The position numbers and the translations under genes are program-made. This document shows positions 26,660 to 39,557 of a stretch of 64,000 nt of DNA, piece after piece (within the stretch, counting starts at the first letter, position 1; every line of letters starts with the position of its first letter). The notes below the pieces were generated by a model, which did no database searches, was not told the DNA's origin, and saw only the letters and a list, made by a program, of their open reading frames with translations. Source of the DNA: Lama guanicoe (taxonomy: Eukaryota). The stretch lies in the NCBI GenBank assembly GCA_013239625.1, contig MU054187.1, positions 19,522,711-19,586,710 on the forward strand, given 5' to 3'.

Positions 26660-28612
26660 TAAGATTCTGGGAAGATGATGGAGTAGGAGGCATCAGGAAA
26701 TTTTGTCCCCACCCAGACCACAACAGCACTGGCAGAGTATGTCTGATGTAAACATCTGCGAACTCTAGAGTCTACTGAAGGCTTAGCTTGGCAGCAGTTA
26801 CCCATTTTCCAACAGCCAAGCTGTGGCAGGCAGCTGTACATGTGCTCCTGGAGCAGCTTGCATGTCGTTTCGGGAAGCCAGAGTGGAAAATAAGACTCCA
26901 TCCTCCAAATACCAAAGACCTGTGCTCTGATCACTGATTGCTGTTTCTGATCTTAGAGGTGTGGTCACAAAGGTGGGCGGCCATTGTTGCATCTCCCCCC
27001 ATTGCTGCAAGCCCCTTTCCCTCAGGCTGAAATGACTTTCAGGGGATTTAAGGGGCCAACACATTCCCTTCCCACCTTTCATTTTTCTCTTTTCACCCTA
27101 TTGGAGTCCAGACAGATGTTGAAGACATTCAAAAACACCTGTACATACAGAGAAAATAAGAAAGTCACTATCCATGCACAGGTAAAGGCACAGACTAGGA
27201 AGGCATGGAGAAAGTAAAGAAAAACAATGTATGAATAAAATGGAAATATCAATAAAGGGATAAAAACCTAAGAAGAATCCAAAAAGAAATTCTGGAGCTG
27301 GAGTACAATAACTGAAAATTTAAAAATTCATTAAAGAAATTCATAGGCAGATTTGAACTGGCTGAAGAATCAGAGAACTTGAAGACAAAACAATGGAAAT
27401 TATCAAGTCTGAAGAACAGAAAGAAAAATGATCAAAGAAAAGTGAACAGAACTTATGGGACACCAGCAAGTGGACCCATAACCAACATATGCATCTTGGG
27501 AGAGGGAGAAAGAGGCAGAGAGAATATTTGAAGAAGTAATGGCTGAAAATTTCTTAAATTTCATAAAATACATGAATATGAGCATCTGAGAATCCCAACA
27601 AACTCCAACTAAGATGAGCTCAGAGACCCACAGAAAAACAAATGATAAACTGTCAAAGCCAAAGACAAATAGAGATTCTTAAAAGCAACAAGAGAGAAGT
27701 GATTCTTCACATAAAAGAAATCCTCAGTAAGACAATGGGCAGATTTCTCCTCAGAAACTCTGGAGGCCAAAAGGCAATGAGCTGATATATTTATAGGGCT
27801 AAAAGAAAAAAAAAACAACTCTCCAGTAAGAATCATGTATCTGGGCAAAACTGTGCTTCAAAAGTGAGGGAGAAATCAACACCTTCCTGGGTAAGCATAA
27901 GCTGAAGGAGTTAGTTACCACCAGACCTGCTGCCAGAAATGCTCAAAGGAGTCCTACATGGTGAAATGAAAGGATACTAGACTAACTTGGGTTTGTATAA
28001 AGAAATAAAGACTGCAGTAAAGGTAAATACTTGGGCAATTATAAAAGCTAGTATTATTGTAACTTTGTTTTGTAACTCCACATTTTGTTTCTTACGTAAT
28101 TTAACAGACTGATTCATTAAGAAACAATTAGTTTATATTTTTAGACACAGTATATAAAGATGTAGTTTTGTGACATCAACAACTGAAGAGTTAGGGATGG
28201 AGCTAAAAGGAACAGACTTTTTGTGTGATACTGAACTTAAGGTAGTAGAAATTCAAATAAAGTGTTATATCTTTAGGATGTTAAATGTAATCCCCATGGT
28301 AACCACAAAGAAAATAGCTATAAAATATTCACAAAAAGAAGTGAAAAGGGAATTAAAAATGTTTCAGTACCAAAAAGAATCACTTAACACAAAAGAAGAC
28401 AGTGATGTAGGATATGAGGGGGGAAAAATATAAGGTATATAGAAAAAAGAAACAGGAAAATCACAGAAGTAAGTTCCTTCTTATCCATAATAGCTTTACT
28501 TGTAAGTGAATTAAGCTCTCTGATTTAAAAATAGAGATTGGCAGAATGGATTGTTTAAAAAATGATGATTCAATTATATGCTGTTTAGAAGAGACTCATT
28601 TGAGATCCAAGG
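26660..28612 (+). mobile_element. Old L1 5' portion: 5' UTR, decayed ORF1, spacer and start of ORF2
   Basis: ORF1-like text ('gcagatttgaactggctgaagaa', 'atggctgaaaattt', 'gcagatttctcctcagaaactctggaggcc'); ends at endonuclease-like 'tatgctgtttagaagagactcattt'. Confidence 0.85.
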
Positions 28613-28809
28613 TATCCCTTTGGCAGATAAATGACTTTGTACTGAAATCAATGCAGTTTTGGTTGCAGATGTAGTAGCAGGTTGGACAGATTGTGTCCTG
28701 ACACCAAGACAAACTTGTACAGATGCTTTTGCGAACAAATTCACGGTATCAGCTTTTTTGAGTGAACATTTTGCCCTTTCCCACAAATTTCACGGGCCCA
28801 AAGGGAAAT

Positions 28810-28989
28810 TGTTTATATTTTTGGTAAAGCATAGCTCTGCTTATGTGGCATTTTCTTGCTTCTTAAAAAAAAAAGCTGGAATTTAATGGAAAAAGTGTGT
28901 GTTTATATTTTTGGTAAAGCATAGCTCTGCTTATGTGGCATTTTCTTGCTTCTTAAAAAAAAAAGCTGGAATTTAATGGAAAAAGTGTG
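28810..28989 (+). repeat. Perfect 90-bp tandem duplication
   Basis: 28810-28899 is identical to 28900-28989. Confidence 0.95.
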
Positions 28990-29605
28990 CTTTTAAAACT
29001 CAACCATGTAAGTTTTGCTGTGTACTTTCTATGTTAAGAATTGATTTAAGGAAGGGAACAGAGATGGCATCCTTGACCTTGGGGAATGTATAGCTAAGTG
29101 GTGGACAGTTTTAATTGGAGCCCTTCAGTTTCAGTTTGCAGACACCCAATTCAGGCAGAATTAAGGAATATAAGAAATTGATTGTTCATCTCCCATGGAC
29201 ATCCCCTCTGCACAAATGGGCATGAATTCATTGACCTGAATTTACTCCATGCCAAATTCTAATATGATCAGTATGAGGAGAGGAATAGAATATACTGACT
29301 GGTTTATACCTGGGTCAAGTATCAAACTCTGGAGCCAAAGTAAGGTCAGGCCAATCCACACCACATTCTCAGTGAATGAAGAAATCGATTTTCCAAGGGA
29401 GAATCAGGTTACTATTTACAGAAAAAAGATAATAGGTAATAGAAAGATAAAAGCGACAGGGAAGCAAGAGACTGTTTAATAATAAAGTACACAGCAAATA
29501 TAGATGTCAAATATGATGACCTTAAAAAAGGAAGACTATTACCCAGTTTTGAGGAATTGCACCAGACAAAGGAAGGAAAAGAGTGCTAATTCTTGTTAAT
29601 CAGTA

Positions 29606-29733
29606 GCTATGGACCTACTTGTGTCCCCCTTCACCCATATGTTGAAATTCTAACCGCTTAGTGTGATGGTATTTGGAGATGGGACCTTCAAGAGATAATT
29701 AAGTTTAGACAAGGTTTGGAAAAGAGCCCTCAA
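29606..29733 (+). mobile_element. MaLR LTR 5' fragment (MLT1A-like)
   Basis: 'tgtgtccccc..catatgttgaaattctaacc..gtgtgatggtatttggagatgggacctt'. Confidence 0.75.
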
Positions 29734-30079
29734 TACACATTTTATACCATTGAGCAGAGTATAGTGAAACATGCTTTTTTTAGGCAACAAAATCATCAAT
29801 AGTCTATTACATAGTTTAATTATTTAGTAATATGTAAGTTAATTTACTTATTTTGTAAGATCTAATGGGTCAGAGTTCATGCAATGTTTAGGATACTGTT
29901 AAGGGTAGTACTGATGTGATGTCAGAAAAATGGATACTCATGGTCTCTCTAAGTACCATTTAGTACCATTTTATTCACATAGGTCTTTTTTATATCAACA
30001 GAAGTTTATAAAATCTCAAATTACAGTCTAGAGTGTTGATATTTTTTATGTATTTCTGTGTGTACAGGGAGGACACCAG

Positions 30080-30320
30080 GTGTGTTAAAAAAGGAAAGGA
30101 TTTGGAGCTGGATGGACTTGTGTTCAAGTCATGGCTCTAATGTTTATAAACTGCATGAACTCATGGTCTGTAACACTTTTCGGATCTCTGAGCCTCAGTA
30201 GCCTCACTCATAAGTTGGTTTGCTAACGTCCCACAAATGTGTGCAGGTTCAATGAGATCATGAGTTTGTATACAGCATCTGATAGCTCACAGCTCAATAT
30301 ACATTTTTAAATGAATAAAT
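30080..30320 (+). mobile_element. MIR SINE
   Basis: 'ctctgagcctcagtagcctcactcataag..aatgagatcatg'. Confidence 0.6.
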
Positions 30321-32367
30321 GAAGGGCCTTCATAGAATATAATTATGATGATGGTGATTTATTTTTTAAAGAAAAATACTGGCTCAAGGATGGAAACAGG
30401 TAGAGAATAGAAGTTAAATAACATAATTTCAACAGATTCTCTAAGAGTCTGATTTGTCATCTTCAAAAATATTTTTAAGCAAGGAGAGACCATAAGCAGA
30501 CTAACTTAACTCAGAGTGCTGGTATAATCCCACTAGTTAAAACTGGTCTTGACAATTCATTTTCTACACTGCAGTAATTTAAAGGAAATAGGATAATTAA
30601 TTTTTCTCAAAAAAGAAACAAATACACAATCATGAAGTGAGTTTCCTCCATAACTCTTTGTGGGAAAACCATGTAACCTTTTGCTTCTCTGTCCCTCTTG
30701 GGCATAGGAAGTATCTTTTGGTGGCTCTGAGCCATTTTACTTTATTCCTTACAAGGAGGAAATCGGAACTAGAACATTTTCTCAAGAATTCAGCCTGCTC
30801 TTTTAATAGCTAAAACATACTTGTGGTTTATTTCGTCTCTAATATCTGTTACGTATATTAAGCAAGTCCATTGCTTGAAGAAAAGAGTGACACAGCATTC
30901 AGAAAGGCTGACAATAAAAGGAAGAACGAAGGCAAACCCAGCAAACACAGACAAAAAGAAAGCAAGGATTGTCACATTTATATTAGTCAAATCTGAATTC
31001 AGAGCAAATGAATTAAATGAGTCAATAGAGGGACTTTTATGGTGATAAACACTGTGATCCACAATGAAGAATATATACGCACCAATTAACATAGCATCAC
31101 ATAAAGCATAAGTTGAAAACCACCAGAACTACAAGAAGAAATAGATGGAAATGCAATAGTCTCTTGCAACTTATGACCAATCAACTCACCAAAAAAAAAA
31201 AAAAGGTACTAAAAACCTAGCTATGAAACCATTGCAGAACTTGACCATTAATTTTGCTGCAAAGAAAATCATAATTAATTCCCAAAGATGGAGAGAGCAC
31301 AGAGAACATTCTTCAATTAGACTGCAATAAAACAAAACAACAAAAAATACAAACAACAAAGAAAAGTACTAATACAATAATCCCTATGGTCTGAAAGTTA
31401 ATATAAAACTCAGATAAAAAAGGAAATCAAACCCACATTGAAGAATATAAAATATAATTAGAACTATACACATCTGAAGATTTGGGATAATGAGATAATT
31501 CTAAAGTGGTTAAGGAAAAGTTCATAGTCCTTAAAAATTATTTTGACAAACAAGAATAAATGAAACTGAGCAAATGAATGATAGAGCCAATTCACAAAAT
31601 TTTTAAAAAAAGAATAAAATAAACTTAAAACAACAGAGAGAAATTAGTAAATAAATGAGAAATTAATAAAACACTTGAAAAAATTAAAAAATTAACAAGT
31701 CAAAGCTCTGGTGACTTACAAAAGTAAGATAGGCTATCAGTTAACATGTTCAAAAGCTAGATTAAAAAATGCATAAAATAAGAAATGAAAATGGTGGTAT
31801 AACCACATACACAAAAGAAACAAACATCATTAGAGATATTAGGCTTAATGTTATGAAAACACATTCTAAAAACTGAATTAAATGGGTAAATAAGTAAAAT
31901 AGAAACTACTAAAAATAGAAAATCTAAAATCAGTTACATAAGATAGAGAAGATTGTCCAAAAAATTAAACCCTACTCATACCCCTTTTCATACACAAAAT
32001 GTTACCTAGTCTGGAAATTTAGGAAACAGATATCCCCCAAAGACATGGAAATTGTTTTGGAATATGAAAGAGGTGGAAAACTTCCAAAATCTTCTTATAA
32101 CATCAGCATAATTCTTATAACCTGACAAGGAAAGATCTAAACAGTATAATTTTAAAATGGAAATAATATTTACAAGTCTTCCATAAACTTTTTCATGAAG
32201 AAAAATTCCAATCTCAAGTAGTTCCATTGGCAAGTTCTACCAACCATTCAAGAAGCACACTAGACGTCTAACAAAAACACTGGCAGAGGATGAGAAGAAA
32301 GGAACATTTCCCAGTCAGTGAGATTATCACATCCTTTACATAAAATCTCCAAACAGTACAGGAAACA

Positions 32368-32872
32368 TGTTGTTGGAGGACCAAGGGAATGAAAAGTGCT
32401 CACCAAACTGAGAAGGCATCTTGAGACTGAAAACCGAGGCAGGCAAATCCATGTCATCAATGGATCAGTTTATTATAGGGTAACATTCACAGGCTGGGAT
32501 GGGGTGGGCAAGGATCTGGAAGCATTTACAGCTGCACTCTGCATCGCCGAGGGGCCATTGGAACAATTTCATAGTTAACCTAGGGTATTGGGCTACGTGC
32601 TTGGAGACAGGAATGCACTTCTTGGTTAAGATTCGTGAGTGAGCAACTAGCCTCATGGGCACTGGTAATACATTACTGAAGGTCTTCATCACTGTATGAG
32701 GACTAATAGAGCACAGAGGCCACCTGGTCCTAATGATTATTAAACAACATGTATTAACTACAAAGCCCTTAATGACAGAGAAGTGATTTACTGCAGAGTA
32801 CAGTCCTGTGTAGGGTCAGTAGGAAAACAGGAGGAAATGTATGAGCCCAAGATGATGTCAGTTATGCTAACA
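32368..32872 (-). mobile_element. Probable solo LTR within the old L1
   Basis: ~500-bp non-L1 block bounded by TG...CA (tgttg / gctaaca), with a minus-strand AATAAA at ~32468-32473; no clean TSD. Confidence 0.55.
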
Positions 32873-33361
32873 GTCATACATATGTATTACAGATCAATCT
32901 CAATCATGCATTTAAATGCATGATCCCAAACCACTTAAATCTAGCAGGGTGTGTGGGTGAGTATATGTGTGTATTTCTTAAGCATCACTGGCAAGTGGGG
33001 TTCATCCAAGTCGGTTTAGTATTAGAAAATTAATTTACACTTTAGTAGACAATCATATTATCATATGCAAAAAAACCCACAATTCAATACCCAGTCATGA
33101 AAAAAGATTTCTTAGTAAGCCAGGAATGGGGAGAAAACTTTCTTATACAAATAAAGGGTCTCCAGAATAGCCTGCAGGCAATACCATAATTAGTGGTGAC
33201 ATACTGAAAACATTCCCTTTTAGATCTAAAATAAAGCAAGGGTGTGCTTTTTCCGACTCTTTTTCTATCACTGTTCTTTAACATTCCACTGGTTATCTCA
33301 GACAAACAGAACGATAAGAAAAAGATACTAGTAAGTACCCAAATTAGAAAGGGTGAAGTGA

Positions 33362-33843
33362 CTCCGACAGTCTATGAGGTCCTGCACTGTCTGGTCGTGG
33401 GTCTTGCCTCTGACTTCATCACTTTGTGTTCTGTTCAGCTTCACTGCCCTCTTGGTGTCTCTCAAATAAACCAGTCACACGCATACCCCAGGGCCTTTGC
33501 ACTTGCGGTTCCCCCTGCCTAAGATTCTCTGTGTAACTCCTTCAGATCCTTGCAAAAATGTCCCTCAGGGGGGCCTTCTCTGACTATCCAATTTAAAAAT
33601 TACACCCTTTTCCCTTCCATTTTCTTTTAGCATTCCCCTTCTCCCTTTCTTTATTTTCTCCAAAGCATTTCTTGCCATCTAACAGCTGTATATTTTATTG
33701 TTTATTGTCTTTCTGTCCCTAGGAGAGTATAAACTTCATTTCAGCTGGTTTTTTTTAATTATTATTCATTACTTATTCCCCTGGGGTCTTGAATAGTGCC
33801 TGGAACAGAGAAGACATTTAATATTCATTAAATAAATAAATAA
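33362..33843 (+). mobile_element. L2a 3' end
   Basis: 'ccagggcctttgcacttgcggttccccctgcct', 'ggccttctctgact', 'aatagtgcctggaacagag'. Confidence 0.85.
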
Positions 33844-34759
33844 AACCCATGTAGAAAATCCAAGATTCTAGTCTAAGATTCTAGTCTTAGAATGAATAAG
33901 AGTTTAGAAAAGTTGCTTAAAATAAAATCAATATAGAAAGTTACTTGAATTTCTCTACAACATCCCAGTCAGCTAGAAAATATAATTCAAAAAAATACAC
34001 ATCTTTATAAAAGTGACAACAAATTTAAAGGACTTAGGATTTTTAAGGTAAAAACTGTAAACTATTGTTAAGAGGCATAAGAGAAGGCTGAAATAAATGG
34101 ATAAATATATTGTGTTCTTGGATGGAAATTCCATATGATAAAGATTTCATCTTTCTCCAAACTGATCTTTAGATTCAAAGCAATTCCAATAAAAGTTCCA
34201 ACAGGGTTCTTTTTGTGGAAATATGACAAGTTGATTTTAACATTTAAATGGAAGACAAAGGGCAGTGAATTACCACTCTTAAAGAAGAAAAAGCTGTGGG
34301 ACCTTCCTTATCAGAACCACGATAAATCTATTGCAATTAAAACAGTTTGATGTTGGTGCAGGAAAGACAAGTAGACAAACAGAACTGAGGAGAGAGGCTA
34401 GAAACAAACTTACACATATGTGGAAAGTGGATTTATGATGTAGTGGCCGGTGTAGAATGGTGAGTCAAGGATGTACTTGATTTTTAATGTAGTAGCATTT
34501 ATCAAGATTTTTCTCGTAATATGGATGCTTGGTGTCTTGTTAAAGAAATCCTTTGGCTATAATAAAAAAAGGTACTCTCCTAAATTATCTTTAAAAGTTT
34601 TATGTTTTTCCTTATATTTATCTCTTTAATCCACTTGAAGCTGAGATTTTGTGCATGATATGAGGTAGAAATCCACTTTTATTTGTTTGTTTGTTTATCC
34701 CACAAAGAGAATCAATTGTTGCAGCCTTTCTTTGCCTCACTGATTTGCAATGTCCATTC

Positions 34760-35760
34760 TTTTTTTTCCCCATTTCTTTTCTGAAGGTGAATATAACATT
34801 TAAAATGTTGTATTAGTTTCTGGTGTACAGCATAGTGATTCAGTTTTTATATATATATATGTCCTTTTTCATATTCTTATTACATTTTTGGTTAATACAA
34901 GATATTGAATATAGTTCACTGTGCTGTACAGTAGGACCTTGTTGTTTATCTATTCTGTACCTAGTAGTTTGTATCTGCTAATCCGAAACTCCAAGTTTTT
35001 TCCTCCCCCCATAACCAGACATTTGTTTTCTATGTCTGTGAGTCTCTTTCTGTTTTGTAAATATGTTCATTTGTGTCATTTTTTTAGATTCCACATATAA
35101 GTGATAGCATATGATCTTTCTCTGACTGACTTACTTCACTTAGTATAATAATCTCTAGGTCCGTCCATGTTGCTGCCAATGACATGATTTCTTTTCTTTT
35201 TAGGGCTGAGTAGTATTCCATTGTGTATATATTCCACAGCTTCTTTATCCAGTCATCTTTTGGTGGACATGTAGGTTGCTTCCTTGTCTTAGCTATTGTG
35301 AAAACTTTTGCTATGAACACGTGTCTTTTTGAATTAGAGTTCCCTCTGGATATATGCCCAGGAGTGGGATTGCTGGATCATACAATAACTCTATTTTTAG
35401 TTTTTTTAAGAAAGCTCCATACTGTCCTCCATAGTGGCTGCACCAATTCACATTCCTACCAACAGTGTAGGAAGGTTCCCTTTTCTCCACACCCTCTCCA
35501 GCATTTATTATTTGTAGACTTTTTAATGAAGGCCATTCTGACTGGTGTGAGGTGATACCTCATTGTTGTTTTGATTTTCATTTCTCAAATAATTAGCGAT
35601 GTTGAGCATTTTTCACGTGTCTGTTGGCCATCTGGATGTGTTCTTTGAGAAATGTCTACTTAGATCTTCTGCCCATTTTTGATTGGGTTATTTGTTTCTT
35701 TGACATTTGATAGTGAGTTGCTTGCATATTTTGGAAATTAATCCCTTGTCGGTCACATCA
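34760..35760 (-). mobile_element. Cetartiodactyl L1 3' ~1 kb inserted into an older minus-strand L1 (~34480-35840)
   Basis: ORF 35084..35320 ([36 protein letters not shown]..) is the L1 ORF2 C-terminus, followed by the family 3' UTR. Confidence 0.9.
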
Positions 35761-35899
35761 CTGCATTGCTTATTCCGTCATAAATCATGTTTCCTCCTAT
35801 GTGTAGATCTGTTTCCTGGGCTGTCTATTCTGGCCTCTATAAGTATGAAGATGCCCTACCTCAATAGTCATATAAATGCAAATTAAAATCATTTCATAT

Positions 35900-36355
35900 T
35901 GTCAGCCGAGGGAGGCTGATGTGGGGTTCTAGGAGGTGAGCGGCCCAAACGAAAAAATGCACGAGGAGTTGCCATACTGCTGGACAGACTTCAGCCGGAG
36001 ACACCATGGGGTTAACAACACTTTATTGCCACAGGGAGGTGCGCGCCTATGATGTACCTGTCCTGTTTTATCTGTTTTCTGTCAGCACATGCGCGGTCTG
36101 AGTTTCTTTGTTGTTTAGGCTTACAGAATATCTCTAGCACATGCGTACTTCTACTTTCTTTGTTCTAAATCTTATATAATTGACGCATGCGTGGAGCAAC
36201 TATTTACTGCATATTGACGCATGAGCAACTATTTACTGCATACTACAAACATGCTCTGTAGTCGTGGCCTTGGGTCCCACAGCCTTAACTTATCTCAAGG
36301 CTCTGGCCATGGCCTTGGGTCCCATGGCCTTAACTCATCTCAAGGCCAGCTCACA
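35900..36355 (-). mobile_element. Young solo LTR with 5-bp TSD CATAT
   Basis: TG...CA termini, CATAT at 35895-35899 and 36356-36360, minus-strand AATAAA at ~36022-36027, internal tandem repeats, CpG-rich. Confidence 0.88.
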
Positions 36356-36360
36356 CATAT

Positions 36361-36965
36361 CTACCAAGTTGGCAAAATTAAAAGCCAAATAATATCAAGT
36401 GTTTACACAGATGTGAAACAACAGAGATGTTCACCTTTTGTTGGTGAAAATAGAAACTGATAAGATTATCTTAGAAAAGTTTGTCATTGCCTAGTAAACT
36501 TGAACTCTTGGATCTAGCAATTCAGCTCCTAAATATATTCCTTAGAAGGACCCTTGCACATGGACACCAGGAGGGGTGGAAAGAATCCTCACAGTAGCAG
36601 GGTTTGTTAACTAAAAACCTGGAAATAAGCCAAATGCTTACCTCTGATAACCTGAGTAACTTACATTATATTTGTATCATGGAAGAAACACAATGATGAA
36701 ACTGAATTAATTTCAATTACATGCGTCAACGTGGGAAATCTCAAAAATACACCAAGAGTGAAAGAAGTGAGTGACTGCAGAATACATAAAACGTAAAGAG
36801 TGAAGAAAAGAAGATTAGGGACATGGACAGAGGTGATAAAACTATAGAGAAAGGCCAGGGCTGATTAATTTAATGATGCAGGATGGTGGTTATTTCTGGG
36901 GTAAGTTTGGGGTAAGAGGGCAATATGTTCAAGGAGTATCTAACCTGTATGGTGGGGACATGATT
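36361..36965 (+). mobile_element. Old L1 (L1ME-like) 3' region, continuing from ~35840
   Basis: 'ttggcaaaattaaaag..aataatatcaagtgtt', 'ctagcaattcagctcctaaatatattccc', 'aaaacctggaaataagccaaatg'. Confidence 0.75.
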
Positions 36966-39492
36966 TTTTTTTAATTCTTTAAAATATTATACTTATAAAT
37001 CTATATGACTTATATATGTAAGAGTTATTTTTAGTGGTATCATGGAAGGAGATTAAAATAATTAAACGGTTGCTAAGAAAGCAAATCAAGTTTATAGGAG
37101 GCAACCACTTACCCTTCTGAGCGCACTGATGATCAAAATAGCAGCTTCTTTATCACAACATAATTTAAAAACAAGTTCTAAGTCCCACGTTTGCAGAATC
37201 ATTTTCATTGGTTACATTTTTCAGTTGCCTGCTTTAGAGAAAGCCACCTTAAACTTTTCCAGAAAATTTTTACAAACTATGTTAGAAAATTGGTTGTCTG
37301 TTACATTTCCACACACCCAGTCTGTGAGCAGTCTTGTTTGATTTTTTTTTTAATGAACACCAAGTTACTTCCTCAACCTCCCTAAATTTAGTCATCTATT
37401 TATGGTTCTCAGCTTGGTTCATTCCTTGCAGTAAGTAAATGCAGCTCTTACCCATTTCTTTCGACAGTAAAAACGATCTGTAGCAAACAGAATAATATTT
37501 GATTGAAAAATTTCCTTCTCAAATTAAAAAAAATTTTTAAAAACTCAATTGTTTCTCTTCAAAGGTTAAATTTGGCACTGGAGTCATTTTTGTGAATAAT
37601 CTGTGTGCCTCAACACTATAAATGAAATGTGTTGAGAACTGTTGTTACTAGTCTTCACACATCAGCTTCTCCAGGGCTCTTCAATCCTGTGCCCCGAGGA
37701 GGAGGTGATGTAGTGTCTCTCTCCCTGTCTCTCCCTATTCTCTCACTCTCATCCAAATCATTTGTCACAAGGTTGTAAATCTCCCTTCACTTATCCTCCA
37801 CCCGCTTCCTAGGGGAGCAGCCCGATTGTATCGGAGTAAATTTGTGGACTAGAAGAGTTCGTGATGCTGAAGCCACCAGGCAGCTGGTGTTTCCTTAATT
37901 TCATTCTGAAGCTGATACAGGTGCCACGTATCCTCTTTGTCAGCTCCTTAGAGCTTTTTTTTTTTTTTTTTAAATTTACTTAGTCTTAGCCTCTTAGTTT
38001 TCAGGGAACTCTTTCAGGATACAGAGGGCAGAGTAAACAACAAAGAAAAGAACCCAGTGCACATTGTGATTCTGAGAAAACCCCCCTCTGTGGGTTTCAA
38101 GCATGGGGATGGGGAGAGGGGAGAAAGGAAAAAGAAAATTGTGTAACCAGCTCTCTACAATGTTGAAACAAATTACTCCAGATATTGGAAATAGAGATCC
38201 TTTTAGCACATTGGGTTCACATAGATTCTTCTTTTTCCAGCTGAGGATTCAGACTGTCTCTGCTGCATAGATTAGCTGACTGACTCACTGAATCTCCAGC
38301 ATCTGTACTTAGCACACCCACGACAGTCCTTGTAACATGGGCATCGTGGCTCTCCAAGGGAAATCTGTAAAGAAAGCTTGAATTAGCCAGGTGATGAAAT
38401 ATGCTCTGGAAAAGGACAGCTTCTCATGAATTCCTTCATTTGATGCTGAAATCACGAAGAAGTGGTGCTATTCACAAATAGCTCATGTCCAAAGCATAAA
38501 TGGCCTGTCGGTGAGGTTTTAGCATGTCACACGGTGCTGCTGGTAGAAACTCACTCAAGAAACACCTATGTCTCTGATACTGTGTTGCTAGAAATTCTAT
38601 CACAAATTATGAACTGAAGTGATGGGGAAAATGTAAACCAAACATGAAAAATAAATTCATTTCATTAGTAGGTCCTATAATAAATCCAAATAAAATCAGG
38701 CAATGAATATTTTGAAAAATCATGTAATTTATCTAATTCATAAGACCCAGGCTGTCAAATTTCCAGGAACATAACTTAGAATGTGAAAGGCAATGCCTTA
38801 TTTTCCGGAAACCTAATTTTTGAAGCTATTGAAATAAAATAAAAGCTGATTTTATTAATTAAACTCTATTAAATAAAAACAAAATTATTTCTTAGTTGAT
38901 CTTAAATTAACAAAACCAATGTCACACTTTTTATCACATGCTAGTATATGGAATACCTTAAACAAAGGTTCCCATTTTAAAATGTTTTAAACTCCCTTTT
39001 CACTTAGTTTTCTTGAGAATTTGTGTTTAGGGGACAGGGACTATAAGATAGAGGCACTTAGGGGATATTCCCCGAGCAGCACTTATGTTTTCCTGGTCAA
39101 ACAAAGTAATTAAAGTAACTCACAGGTTTCAGTGCTAGATTAGACGCTGAGGTTAAAAAACGGGGAAGAGTAAATGGGAGAAGGAATGAATATGGTCAGA
39201 AAAAAAGAGGGGACCTGGTAAGTGTGAGCCTAAAGATGCAAGTTTTATGAACTGATGATCCTTTCTGAAGTTTATTTAAACACACAAAAAAGATTGAGTG
39301 TTTGAAGGAGTGTATGCGGCCCCCTGCACAATTATAATACAAATTTCTTCTCAAACTTCCCTTCTCGCTTGACAAATTACATGGTGCACAGCCTTTTTTT
39401 GTTTTGTTTTCATTTTACTATTTTTGAACAATAACAAAAACAGTAGGAATATGTTTTGATTCTGCATCTGCGGGGGTATTGTTCCCGCCTGA

Positions 39493-39557
39493 CTGATGTG
39501 ATGAGGGTCCCGCCCGCCTGATGTGATGAGGGTCCCGTCCGCCTGATGTGATGAGGG
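39493..39557 (+). repeat. 25-bp minisatellite, ~2.6 copies
   Basis: Unit CTGATGTGATGAGGGTCCCGCCCGC at 39493, 39518 and 39543 (partial). Confidence 0.92.

Larger units (their letters stand above)
30850..34460 (+). mobile_element. Very old, fragmented L1 ORF2 interrupted by LTR and L2 sequence
   Basis: A-rich ORF2-like segments from the endonuclease region ('atattagtcaaatctgaattcagagcaaa') to the C-terminal region ('agattcaaagcaattccaataaaagttcca'). Confidence 0.75.

Noticed and set aside
28810..28989. Direct repeats here and at 39493-39557 as a CRISPR-like array
   Set aside because: Head-to-tail duplications with no unique spacers, in a mammalian genome with no cas genes.
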